A stretch of 64,000 bases of DNA from an uncultured Bdellovibrio sp. (lineage in GTDB: Bacteria > Bdellovibrionota > Bdellovibrionia > Bdellovibrionales > Bdellovibrionaceae), in the NCBI GenBank assembly GCA_963932905.1, contig CAWVRN010000016.1, positions 1 to 64,000 of the forward strand. Direction: 5' to 3'. The position numbers and the translations under genes are program-made. A model generated the notes under the pieces. It saw only the letters and a list, made by a program, of their open reading frames with translations. It did no database searches and was not told the origin of the DNA. How positions within the stretch are numbered: position 1 is the first letter of the stretch; each line of letters begins with the position of its first letter. Below, piece by piece: positions 1 through 9,818 of this stretch.

Positions 1-60
1 ATGAGATGAGATGAGATGAGATGAGATGAGATGAGATGAGATGAGATGAGATGAGATGAG
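1..60. repeat. (ATGAG)12 pentanucleotide tandem repeat, open at window edge
   Basis: 12 perfect ATGAG units read directly. Confidence 0.95.
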
Positions 61-80
61 CTCGGCAAAAATCCAGTGGT

Positions 81-398
81 TTAATTCAGCTGAATTGTCA
101 AACATGTTTGTGATGCCAGACTTTCTGAATGCTCAAGTTCAGTATTCACGACTTTAAATTTAGTAGAGACTAGCTGTGACAACCGAACCAAGTTGTCGTT
201 AATATTTCCCAGTCTTAAAATCTCGCCAACCAAATTTTTGTTTGATCCATTGTTACCACACATAACTGCAAAACCAGTAGTGGTTAGAGTATTTTTTATT
301 TGATTTAAATAGTCCTGATTACTGTTGTCGATTACTGTATATGCAAATACATTTGAAAACGAAAGAAATAAAACTAAAGCCAAAAATGCGTTTCTCAT
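81..398 (-). CDS. Small secreted hypothetical protein
   Basis: ATG at 398 with GAGAGG RBS; Sec-type signal MRNAFLALVLFLSFSNVFA. Confidence 0.7.
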   Translation of the reverse strand: MRNAFLALVLFLSFSNVFAYTVIDNSNQDYLNQIKNTLTTTGFAVMCGNNGSNKNLVGEILRLGNINDNLVRLSQLVSTKFKVVNTELEHSESLASQTCLTIQLN

Positions 399-913
399 GG
401 GATACCTCTCCATAATTATTTATTGTTCAGTATGAATGCCTGCAAGTCGTGCCATCACATTTTTCGCAGTTTTTTTGACCAAACATTTTACAGTTAATAT
501 ACTAAACAGGATTTAACAATGATTTGAGGTGTTTATGGGAAAAATAGTGCATAGACCATATGCCTTATTTTGTAAGTGTATGCGTACGGCTTTCTAATTA
601 CCCAAAGGAAGCATTTCGTGACCAGGAAAGAAAGATCTACGGAGGGGCCCGTGCGCGGGTTCTAATCGAGATTAAGACGAAATAACGTCGTCCAAACAGA
701 CCTAGCCCGTCGTTTCTAGAGGCGCCATTATAGATTTCGTTTGAGTTCGAAAGAACCTGGATCGACCTGTTTCGGGGGCATTTAGGGAGAACCATGACTG
801 TAAAATTCTTATACGGGTGTCTCTCAAATCACCGGGCACATGACCAACTAGATACCGTGCGCTCAAATTTGAACTCGTCTGATTGGTTACTAAATTGCAG
901 TTTAAATGAGAGA

Positions 914-1921
914 ATGTACAAATCAACAATCGGCACCCATCTAAACATTCTTGTTACTTTATTTCTGCTGATTTTTTCTTTCTCTGCGAAAGCGGAAAAA
1001 AATGGTTTTGCGAATTCTAATTTGATGTGCCTTTCGTGGTATCATTTCACGTCTATAAAACTCAGTGATTATACAAAACAAAGACTGTACGAAATTAGAA
1101 ATCTAAATAATCTAACTAGGTTAATAGGACGGAAAAATAAAAATCTAGGTAGCAATTCACCCAAGACAATTCAAGATCAAATTTTTTCAGAGGTCAGTCG
1201 GCAACTCACGGCAATTGTTCGGCAAATGTCTGATAAAAGACCTCAATCGAATCAGTTTGCCATCCAATCAATAAAAGAGCATATTAAAAACTCCCAATAT
1301 CTGCGAGCAAAAAAAGAAAACTTTCTAAATATTATGCCAATTGGAAAAAATAGCTTTTTAATATCTGATCTAAATAACTCAGCTCTTGAACAAAACAGAA
1401 TTCAAATTGTCACCTGGAACGAAGAATTTAAAAGATTTGTTAAAACATTTGAAAAAGCGTTAGATATTAATACTCCTTTTGACCGCGCAGTTCACACTAT
1501 TTCAGATAACCGCGTTGCTATCTTTGATTCATTAGAAGCTGAAGTGACTATTGTGACTGTTAACTCGTTTCAAGGGTCTGAAAGAAATTCTGCAATTGTT
1601 TCCACTCAATCTTTTTCAACCTATGTTGACACTGTGAATGATGATCCCTATTTTCCTATGTCTAGATATATAAAAAAAATTCACCATGGACACCCTGTCT
1701 TTCTTCCTCAATCTAATCAATTTGTGCTTCTTGGAATGTCAGACTTTTGGAAAGCCGACGAGGATATTTTTGAGGCACATTTAAATGGTCAAAAATTTAA
1801 AGTCATACTTGCGAATAAAAATGCTATTTATGAAATTTTTTATTTAATCACACCTAGTGATGAAGTTAAAATTGAAGAAGATCTAACTATCGTCAATACC
1901 CCTAAACAAAAAAGACAATGA
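914..1921 (+). CDS. Secreted hypothetical protein with signal peptide + CxxWY motif
   Basis: Likely start ATG 914; hydrophobic segment ending SAKA, then CLSWY. Confidence 0.65.
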   Translation: MYKSTIGTHLNILVTLFLLIFSFSAKAEKNGFANSNLMCLSWYHFTSIKLSDYTKQRLYEIRNLNNLTRLIGRKNKNLGSNSPKTIQDQIFSEVSRQLTAIVRQMSDKRPQSNQFAIQSIKEHIKNSQYLRAKKENFLNIMPIGKNSFLISDLNNSALEQNRIQIVTWNEEFKRFVKTFEKALDINTPFDRAVHTISDNRVAIFDSLEAEVTIVTVNSFQGSERNSAIVSTQSFSTYVDTVNDDPYFPMSRYIKKIHHGHPVFLPQSNQFVLLGMSDFWKADEDIFEAHLNGQKFKVILANKNAIYEIFYLITPSDEVKIEEDLTIVNTPKQKRQ

Positions 1922-2098
1922 TATTATAACGCATAGGATGTGTTTTTGATTTCAAAGTTTGAGAATGTTTTCTTTTTTGACATGTCAAAAAATGTTTCGT
2001 TAAATTTTGAGCTCAGCTAATAGGAGCTACTTGGTTAGGCTGTGTTTTTGCAATTTTGTACAAGTGATTTGGATTCAATGAGCAAGGTTTGAATTTGA

Positions 2099-3541
2099 TT
2101 GTCTTTGAATTGGGGATTTAATTTGAGAAAAATAGTTCATTTAATTGACGGCGTTTTGTTTCATTTCGAGAAAAAAAGAATCAGAAAATATATTGGACTT
2201 TCAATTGTTTCTTTGATTTTAATGTTTTTCTTTCAAAACTGTTCAAAAGCATTTGAGATTGAACAGGCAACAACGATAAATTCTGTAGAATCTAATCCTA
2301 CCTTGCCTGCTGATACTGATTCCTCAGATTCGACCTCCAGAACACCTGATGTGTCAAATCCAATTACCGTAGCAAGTGCTGACATCGAAATGGTGTTTCC
2401 TCCACCAAACGGCTCAACCACAGATAGTCATTTGATTGTTAGGGGTCAAACAAAACAAGGATTAGACATATCTCAAATAGAAGTAAATGGTATTTTGGCA
2501 ACCAGTTCAGATCAATTTAGAAACTGGCAAGTGGATGTGCCGTTATCGATGGGAACAAATATTTTGAGCGTCGAGGCCACTGTAGGCGGTCAGATAAAAA
2601 CAAATTTATCGATGTCATCAATTACACGAGTGACATCTGAAGCTGAATTACATCGCGGAGTAGGTTCTGAATGGGATATGCGGCCATTGGGTTTAGCTTA
2701 TGAACCAACTAAAAAACGTTTTATCATAGCTGTTGATGGTGAAGATGGAATTATGGGTGTTAACGCAAGTAATGGTGATAGAAGCTTTATTTCTGATAGT
2801 GAAGGGTCTCAGATCGGAACAGGTTATGAAATTGTTCAACCGACCTCAGGAGCCTCCTATGGTGAAAAGTCTTTTGTTATTGATAATAACTTAGTTGTAT
2901 TGATAGACAACACAACTGGTAATCGAAGTGTTTTTTCAACGGTATTGACCGAATCCAATACCCCAGCTTCACTGGCGTCAATAGTGATGACTGCCGATAC
3001 GAAAAATTTAATTGCATTATCTTATATGGTTGATTCTGTTCTTTACAAAATGGACACATCAACCGGATCAGTCAGCATCTTATCTTCGAAAACAAAAGGA
3101 AGTGGTATTGATCTTAGAAATGCGGGAACTATGGGTTACTCGAGTCAATTGCAGACAGCTTTTGTTTCTATACGTTACTCTGATGTTATTTTAGCGATAG
3201 ATACAGTGACAGGAAATCGACGCATCTTTTCTGAGGGAAAAAATGGTGAACCAAAGTTTCAAGATCCAAGTTATATTGTCGCAGATGATAAAAATGGCTT
3301 AGTCTATGTCTGGGATTCAGGCAAAATACATGCATTGGACATTAAGACGGGACGACGAAGAACAATTGTATCGTCTGGATCGTTTGCATCTTTTAATGAT
3401 ATTTACGGAATGACTTTAACTCCCTATGGTCCTGCCATTTTAGATTATATTCCAACATATGTTGTCGATCGACCTCAAAGAGGGAAAACCTTGATGTTGG
3501 TTGATCCACTAATTGGAACTAGAATAGTTATATCAAGATAG
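2099..3541 (+). CDS. Lipoprotein with Ig-like domain and beta-propeller repeats
   Basis: FFFQNC lipobox; VPLSMGTNILSVEA Ig-like strand; repeated D-x-x-TG-x-R blade motifs. Confidence 0.75.
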   Translation: MSLNWGFNLRKIVHLIDGVLFHFEKKRIRKYIGLSIVSLILMFFFQNCSKAFEIEQATTINSVESNPTLPADTDSSDSTSRTPDVSNPITVASADIEMVFPPPNGSTTDSHLIVRGQTKQGLDISQIEVNGILATSSDQFRNWQVDVPLSMGTNILSVEATVGGQIKTNLSMSSITRVTSEAELHRGVGSEWDMRPLGLAYEPTKKRFIIAVDGEDGIMGVNASNGDRSFISDSEGSQIGTGYEIVQPTSGASYGEKSFVIDNNLVVLIDNTTGNRSVFSTVLTESNTPASLASIVMTADTKNLIALSYMVDSVLYKMDTSTGSVSILSSKTKGSGIDLRNAGTMGYSSQLQTAFVSIRYSDVILAIDTVTGNRRIFSEGKNGEPKFQDPSYIVADDKNGLVYVWDSGKIHALDIKTGRRRTIVSSGSFASFNDIYGMTLTPYGPAILDYIPTYVVDRPQRGKTLMLVDPLIGTRIVISR

Positions 3542-3666
3542 ACATACAAAAACCGAGCGATATAGTTCCCTAAATGGTCGGTTTGTCCAATGTCCTTACA
3601 GATAGAAATGCGTTTTCAACCTCGGCGTCTACTGACAGTGGCTCAAGAATAGCACGTCTGTACTAG

Positions 3667-4461
3667 ATGTCCCAAATTGCATTTGCTTTTATTTTTACTT
3701 TATTAGCGCTCGTTTTCCCAAGCCATTCTTTGTGGGCCGCCACCGAAAAGACGTGCATCGGGTTTTACACGGTGGAGTTAGAGAGTGCCGCTAAAAAAAC
3801 ATTTGCCTCTTTGCCTAAGAAAAACTCTGATCGTTATAATGAATTAGTAAAAGATTTAAAACAACAGCTTAACACCACCGGCGCCTACGCAGTTCTAGAT
3901 TTACAATCGTTCGTCTCCAAAATCAGTGGGCGCGTATGGGCGAATTCTTTTCCTAAGGGTGTGGGCGCGCAGATATCATCAAGCGGACTTTTATTCATGA
4001 AAGATGGAGCCGTTTTTAGCGAAGAGCCGGCACCATGGCAAAAAGAAGAAATAGCAAGTCTACAGGCTTGGCTAAGAGAACTCATCCAAGATGCTGTGCC
4101 CAACGTACCTCTAAAAGAGGGATCTACAAACGTACGACATTCCACCGAAAATGCGTCTGGCCCGCACTTCGATGAATGGCATATCGACGGCGGCCATGCG
4201 TCCGTTACCTTATCTGTGGAAGGCGTGGGAACCGAAAAATTAGGGGTCGCTCCCTTAAACCTACCGATACAGCAATACTATCAAATCCGTGGAGACAAAT
4301 GGGAATCGTATTGCCCCGACTGCAAAGCGGTGGTTGTTCCTGCTGGCTACGCATTTATCTTTTTCGGAAGCCAATCAGGAGCCGCCGGGCAGTTTTCACC
4401 CACAATTCATAGGACACCTAAAAATGCCGGCTCAAGAACTTTGTTTGTTGTTCGGTTTTAA
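3667..4461 (+). CDS. Secreted protein (CxxFY motif) with 2OG-Fe(II)/DUF1826-like domain
   Basis: Signal peptide, TCIGFY, WHID...IHRTP...RTLF double-stranded beta-helix-like motifs. Confidence 0.6.
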   Translation: MSQIAFAFIFTLLALVFPSHSLWAATEKTCIGFYTVELESAAKKTFASLPKKNSDRYNELVKDLKQQLNTTGAYAVLDLQSFVSKISGRVWANSFPKGVGAQISSSGLLFMKDGAVFSEEPAPWQKEEIASLQAWLRELIQDAVPNVPLKEGSTNVRHSTENASGPHFDEWHIDGGHASVTLSVEGVGTEKLGVAPLNLPIQQYYQIRGDKWESYCPDCKAVVVPAGYAFIFFGSQSGAAGQFSPTIHRTPKNAGSRTLFVVRF

Positions 4462-4464
4462 TAT

Positions 4465-4722
4465 GAACTGGCCCCTTAGCCTGCGGCTAAGGCCAAGTAA
4501 AATATCGTCAAATCGAGTGAATTTAAAACGTGCTATCTAAAACCCAGAAAGATTCAACACACTCGCTTTTTTTGAGGGATCGAAACTCGAATGTATTACG
4601 AGTTAATTCGGATAATAATTTTTTTTGAAAAACTGTTTCAAGGCAGCGCTTTTAAATTTCAACTAAACAACTGTCTTTCCAATAGAATTTAGCTTCTTAG
4701 CCGCAAGCTAAGGAGCCAGTTC
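4465..4722. mobile_element. REPIN/MITE-like element bounded by 27-bp inverted repeats
   Basis: GAACTGGCCCCTTAGCCTGCGGCTAAG (4465-4491) vs reverse complement of 4696-4722, 25/27 identical; each has an internal CTTAGC-N5-GCTAAG palindrome. Confidence 0.6.
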
Positions 4723-4765
4723 TTAAAAGCCAGGCAACGAAGATGGCATGACACCATCCATTGAC

Positions 4766-5158
4766 CTAGCCTTCTTTTTGAAGATCGCCGATATTGTCTT
4801 CTAATTTATGAACTTGATTTTCTAAACGCTCGCGTTTTTTAACTAACGAGACTAAGTAATCAACTGTTTCTCTACTTTTTAAAATTGTGTCTAGCTCTTT
4901 ATCGATCGTATCGATTTCCATGTCTAGAATACGTTTGTGGATATTCATTGAATCCACCATATCTTGATCTTCAATTGGACTGTCCCAATCTAAATTATCG
5001 GCCACATCGTTCGCCGCGCTATCTAATATTGTTCGTTTAGAATTAAGGTTGGTTGTTGTTGTGTTGCTCTGAGCTTCTGAATTGTGTTGCTCGGATAATG
5101 CTGAACTGAGTGTCTTGATTAGTGAACCAAGGAATGACTGACTACTGCCATCTTCCAT
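4766..5158 (-). CDS. Hypothetical acidic coiled-coil protein
   Basis: 130-aa ORF with heptad-like C-terminus; start uncertain. Confidence 0.55.
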   Translation of the reverse strand: MEDGSSQSFLGSLIKTLSSALSEQHNSEAQSNTTTTNLNSKRTILDSAANDVADNLDWDSPIEDQDMVDSMNIHKRILDMEIDTIDKELDTILKSRETVDYLVSLVKKRERLENQVHKLEDNIGDLQKEG

Positions 5159-5461
5159 ATACTGTTTTGAAGTAACTCCCGGCTAGATGCCTGATTGCCC
5201 TCACTTCGCTGTCCGACATCATAAAATGTCCTCAATACCCCCGACACGAAGTAGGTGATGACACTAGTATATCAAAACCAAACTCTGATTACTATTTTTG
5301 GTATAGTCCTGAATCCCGCGTTAATGGCATGAGCTACGCCTATTTGCTTATAGGGACCGGCCAAAAAATAATTTTTTTTCACGTTTTTTCGACCTAGACT
5401 TTGATGGGGTAAATTTCCCTGTTTTTTATCACAGGATTGACAACCTAGACCTGCGCACTTT

Positions 5462-6028
5462 TTACGCATTTCCAGCAGAATATTTTAGATAGTTCCGTTG
5501 AATAAGCTCGCGGGGCGGCGGTTTTGGCCAAATCGAAATCCACTTTGCCCAACCCGATTCTAAACTTTTATTTCTGAAATAAAGTTCATGGTCCCATTCA
5601 ATTTCAGCCATATTAAGAAGACTGGCAACAAACTGTGGGTAGCCAGCATCCACAGCCATTTGTGCCGCTACTTCATATTCCACAACATTACCAGCTTCCA
5701 GTTTTCCAGCTCCATACATCGACATGAACCAACCAAAATTGAAAATGTTCAGGTAACCACCTAGAATACATAAAAACGAAATTGTTTTTCCAACTAGGCT
5801 CATTAAACGTTCACGACTGGGGCGCGGGCCACTTTCTAACTCGAGTAGCATGGCATGCAGGCGATGACGATGATCCAATTCTTCATCTTCAATTTTCTTT
5901 AAATCAGCAATTTCTATTGGATTCTTTAAAGAGCGATGATGTCCATTGTACGCGAACGCAGCCGCTTTTTCGCCCGCATGGGCGTTTTGCAAAAGATAGA
6001 TCAGTTTATTTTTTTTGGGGATATCCAT
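5462..6028 (-). CDS. Ferritin-like di-iron protein (Coq7-like)
   Basis: HAGEKAA, EELDH and EIEWDH ExxH di-iron motifs. Confidence 0.75.
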   Translation of the reverse strand: MDIPKKNKLIYLLQNAHAGEKAAAFAYNGHHRSLKNPIEIADLKKIEDEELDHRHRLHAMLLELESGPRPSRERLMSLVGKTISFLCILGGYLNIFNFGWFMSMYGAGKLEAGNVVEYEVAAQMAVDAGYPQFVASLLNMAEIEWDHELYFRNKSLESGWAKWISIWPKPPPRELIQRNYLKYSAGNA

Positions 6029-6160
6029 TCAGTTTCAAACTACTATATGTCGTTTATATTTCAACTAAGAGTTAATTTTCTGTCACTAGACCTATTTGCT
6101 CTTTACTCAGGCCTATTCCCTGGATAAATTCCAGTCTATCCGCCCGCTTTAGGAGTTTTA

Positions 6161-7438
6161 ATGAAACGTTTTTTCGTAATTTTAATAACTGCTGCCTTTA
6201 GCGTCGTCACCCAGGCGGGAATTAAAGACGATATCGCTTACCTTGCCTCTGATAAACTAAAGGGCCGTGTTACTGGAACTGCTGAAAATCTAGAAGTACA
6301 AAGCTGGCTTACGCAACGACTGACTGAACTTAAAGTTCGCCCTGCTGGCAATTCCTCGAAATCGTCATTCAATTATCCGTTTGCCAATAGTTACGATTTT
6401 AGATCCAAAGAAAAAATTCACGGCACAAATATTATGGGTATCGTTTACCCGCAAAGAAACTGGACCGAAGAAAAGCCACGCGTATTAATTGGTGCGCACT
6501 ATGATCATGTGGCTATGTGCTGGAAAAAATTTGGAGCCGATGATGATAGCATTTGTAATGGTGCCGCCGACAATGCAGCGGCTGTGGCCGTGGTTTTATC
6601 GATAGTTCAAAATTTGGCAGAATCAATACATTCCCCTGTCGCGATTGCATTTTGGGATGGGGAAGAAAGTGGTTTGCTGGGTTCAGATGCCTTCCTTAAA
6701 GAACCTAGTTTCGATTTAAACCAGCTAAACGCCTATATCAATTTAGACATTATCGGTTTGAATTTGTGTGCAGGTCTAGAGAATCACCATATGATCATCG
6801 GCAGTGAAACCGGTGGTACCAAATTAGAAAAGCTAGTCAAAGAAACAGCGGACCGAGAAAGTAGCAAAGTCACATACCACCAATTGAGCTATGCCTTTGG
6901 ACATGGCCGAAGTGATATGTCTTCATTCATTCGTAATGACGTAAAGGTTCCTATTTTATTTTTCTCTGACGGTGATGGGCCCGTTTACCATTCGTCATCA
7001 GACGAAGCGAAAAACATTAACTATGACAAGGTAGCATCCATCGCAGAAGTCATCCGCAAACTAAGCGTTCAGTTATCCAAAATGAAAACATCCGATTTTG
7101 GCTATCACGAACCGACTATTTTCATCGATAAAGGCACAGCGATACAAACACCACTAACAAAACTTTTCGGTACCAATCACATGTTGAAAGTAGGATTTCC
7201 AGTTCCTACATATTCTGATTTAGATGTTGTTATTGATCTGTACGATAAGTTAATTCAAAATGCAGATCGTAATAAATTAAAAACTGAATCGGTGAAAAAA
7301 TTAAAGGAACTACAAAACTCACTCAAAAAAATTAAAGCTAAAGGTGGGAAGAAACTAGTCGGGATGGATAATTATAGTTTACTCGAAGCGGCCGCTATTT
7401 TTACAGCTACGACACGCGAATTGACATTTATTCCGTAG
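6161..7438 (+). CDS. Secreted M28 family peptidase
   Basis: Signal peptide; GAHYDH, NGAADNA, GEESGLLGS, NLD, YHSSSD. Confidence 0.9.
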   Translation: MKRFFVILITAAFSVVTQAGIKDDIAYLASDKLKGRVTGTAENLEVQSWLTQRLTELKVRPAGNSSKSSFNYPFANSYDFRSKEKIHGTNIMGIVYPQRNWTEEKPRVLIGAHYDHVAMCWKKFGADDDSICNGAADNAAAVAVVLSIVQNLAESIHSPVAIAFWDGEESGLLGSDAFLKEPSFDLNQLNAYINLDIIGLNLCAGLENHHMIIGSETGGTKLEKLVKETADRESSKVTYHQLSYAFGHGRSDMSSFIRNDVKVPILFFSDGDGPVYHSSSDEAKNINYDKVASIAEVIRKLSVQLSKMKTSDFGYHEPTIFIDKGTAIQTPLTKLFGTNHMLKVGFPVPTYSDLDVVIDLYDKLIQNADRNKLKTESVKKLKELQNSLKKIKAKGGKKLVGMDNYSLLEAAAIFTATTRELTFIP

Positions 7439-8704
7439 CTAGATCAACGCAGTTAATAAAATATCGTCGTCCATATCCATCTTTTCAATATTTTTTAACT
7501 GCAGTTTCTGGGACATCGCAGAGATCTGCAACTCATCAGAATAACCTAACCCATCACCCATGATCACTGGTGCTATAAATGCATATGTGCGATCAAATTT
7601 TTTCTGCAACAGATATTGATTTAATGTTGCTGGACCACCTTCGACCAGTATTGATTTCATTCCGCGTTCAAAACAAAACGTGTGAATGGATTCTAGAGGA
7701 AAAAAGCCGGACTCATTTTTGTGAAGGAATAACACATTTTTGAAAGAGCCGGGTGGGTTCACCGCCAAATTAAATGCGATAGAAGTTTCCGTAGAATTCG
7801 TATCCACCACGAAATAGACATTTTCTTTTTTATGAACTTTAGAAATTTCTAGTTTATCAAAAGATTTAAAGACAACCGCATCGGGATCGATGATAATTAG
7901 TTTGTTTTCCTTAGTAACACCATCTAGGCGAATATTCAATTTTGGATTATCCCGTTGAACCGTCCCCGTACCTACTAGCAAGCCATCGTGAATGCTTCGC
8001 AAATAGTGGGCATAGGTCCTAGATGTTGAATTCGTAATCCACTGACTTTCAAAATTTTTCAGCGCCATTTTACCATCTAAGGATTGCGCCCATTTCAATG
8101 AAACAAATGGTCTACTATGACGAACACTTGTTAAAAAATTTTCAGCCAAGATTTCTAACTGTTGGTTTAGAAAGGGCAGGTCCTCCGGATTCATCACGGG
8201 AGTGATATTTCCTTCCGAACGATCTACAAATTCCGAAAACAAAACCGCTTCTTTGCCCGCATCTTTAATGATCTGGGCACCTTTGCCCGCCACCAAAGGA
8301 AAGGGATCGATCAATCCATAAACAACACGTTTGATCGGCAGGTCGCGAATGTACAAAGCACAAGATCCTGTTTTACCGACGTGGGCACATGGCTCAAGGG
8401 TTACCACCACAGTAGCATCCTGCAATTGTTCCCGATCTAAATCTTTTAAAGCATTAATTTCAGCATGTGCACTGCCGTAAACTTGATGATATCCTTTAGA
8501 CAAAAAATTCCCATGTCCATCTAAGACCACGCAACCCACCATGGGATTTGGCGACACATCCTGTGCGCCCTGGTAGGCTTCATTGATGGCTATGGCCATC
8601 GCTTGGGAAATATTAATTTTCTTTTTAGGCGTTGAGGAAATTTCGCTCAGTAGCTGTTTCAGACCAAAAGCAGAATAGAGTTTCTGGCAGCGAATATCCA
8701 TCAT
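7439..8704 (-). CDS. ribD: Riboflavin biosynthesis deaminase/reductase
   Basis: PNPMVG, HAE, TLEPCAH, KWAQSLDG, DNPKL, VEGG motifs. Confidence 0.95.
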   Translation of the reverse strand: MMDIRCQKLYSAFGLKQLLSEISSTPKKKINISQAMAIAINEAYQGAQDVSPNPMVGCVVLDGHGNFLSKGYHQVYGSAHAEINALKDLDREQLQDATVVVTLEPCAHVGKTGSCALYIRDLPIKRVVYGLIDPFPLVAGKGAQIIKDAGKEAVLFSEFVDRSEGNITPVMNPEDLPFLNQQLEILAENFLTSVRHSRPFVSLKWAQSLDGKMALKNFESQWITNSTSRTYAHYLRSIHDGLLVGTGTVQRDNPKLNIRLDGVTKENKLIIIDPDAVVFKSFDKLEISKVHKKENVYFVVDTNSTETSIAFNLAVNPPGSFKNVLFLHKNESGFFPLESIHTFCFERGMKSILVEGGPATLNQYLLQKKFDRTYAFIAPVIMGDGLGYSDELQISAMSQKLQLKNIEKMDMDDDILLTALI

Positions 8705-9817
8705 CTACTTGGACATCCAGCTCTTCCAGTAATCTTTTAATTCTACATCATCTAGAGCCGAATCGATTTCTAAATTTTGACGAGTATCGATCATCACCGC
8801 GACTTCATCCGTGTGAGTTTTCGTGCCCGCGTTTTTTACAGCTTTAGGATGAGGTCCATGCGGAAATCCCGCTGGATGCATAGATAACATACCGGCGTGC
8901 AAGTTATCACGACTGAAGAAATTTCCATCATGATAAAAAAGCACTTCATCATAGTCGATATTTTGATGATAGAACGGGACTTTCAATGCATCGGGATCGC
9001 TTTCCAATGGACGAGGCAAGAATGTGCAAACCACAAATCCATTCGCCACGAATGTCGTATGCGCACTCGGCGGTAAATGGACTCGGGCCGATAACATCGG
9101 CATCATGTCTTTGATATGTAAAGTTAATGGAAAGAAATCACCCTTCCAGCTAACCGTATCGTAAACACAAGAATCATATTCAAAACGAGTCATTTGATAA
9201 CCGCGTTTAGCTTGAACTTGAGTTACGTTGATATTTTCTGCTTTTTTAAATACATGTAGTTCTTCTAAACTTGGTTTGCCGAAGGCCGCTGGATCATAGA
9301 ATGCATTTTTTCCTACCATTCCGCGATCAGGTTCACGGTAGGAACTTGTTTTTGATTCGATGACTAAAAATTCAGTGTTCGATTTCGCTACTACCGTGTG
9401 CGTGCAGCATTTAGGCATTAAAATATACTGACCTGGATTATAATGTAACAATCCGTATTCCGTTAAAATTGTGCCTTCCCCTTTGTGAGTGAAGTACAAA
9501 GTATCACCATCTGCATTTCTAAATGCACGCAAAGTTTCGCCTACCACCCTGGCAGAAATCGAAGTCATGTACAAACCGACATCGCTATTATAGAACATGC
9601 GTTGCCAATGGTTCGATGGTTTTTTTAACTCAACAAGATCGTACAGGTGTGGCTTTAAGTTACCCTCAATCAAATTCCAACGCGTGCTGGGTTGAGGTTT
9701 AATCAAATGCGAAACGGGACCGAAAAAACCACTGCGGCCCTGTTCTTCTTCAAAGTGTCCTTGCGGAATGCCTTTGTGCCCTTGAGTTGTATTTTTTCCT
9801 TGTGAGTATTGATGCAT
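8705..9817 (-). CDS. hmgA: Homogentisate 1,2-dioxygenase
   Basis: RNADGD, HLPPSAH, PFYHQNIDYDEVLFY, HGPHP, EVAVMIDT; ATG 9817 directly after hppD stop. Confidence 0.92.
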   Translation of the reverse strand: MHQYSQGKNTTQGHKGIPQGHFEEEQGRSGFFGPVSHLIKPQPSTRWNLIEGNLKPHLYDLVELKKPSNHWQRMFYNSDVGLYMTSISARVVGETLRAFRNADGDTLYFTHKGEGTILTEYGLLHYNPGQYILMPKCCTHTVVAKSNTEFLVIESKTSSYREPDRGMVGKNAFYDPAAFGKPSLEELHVFKKAENINVTQVQAKRGYQMTRFEYDSCVYDTVSWKGDFFPLTLHIKDMMPMLSARVHLPPSAHTTFVANGFVVCTFLPRPLESDPDALKVPFYHQNIDYDEVLFYHDGNFFSRDNLHAGMLSMHPAGFPHGPHPKAVKNAGTKTHTDEVAVMIDTRQNLEIDSALDDVELKDYWKSWMSK

Positions 9818-9818
9818 A

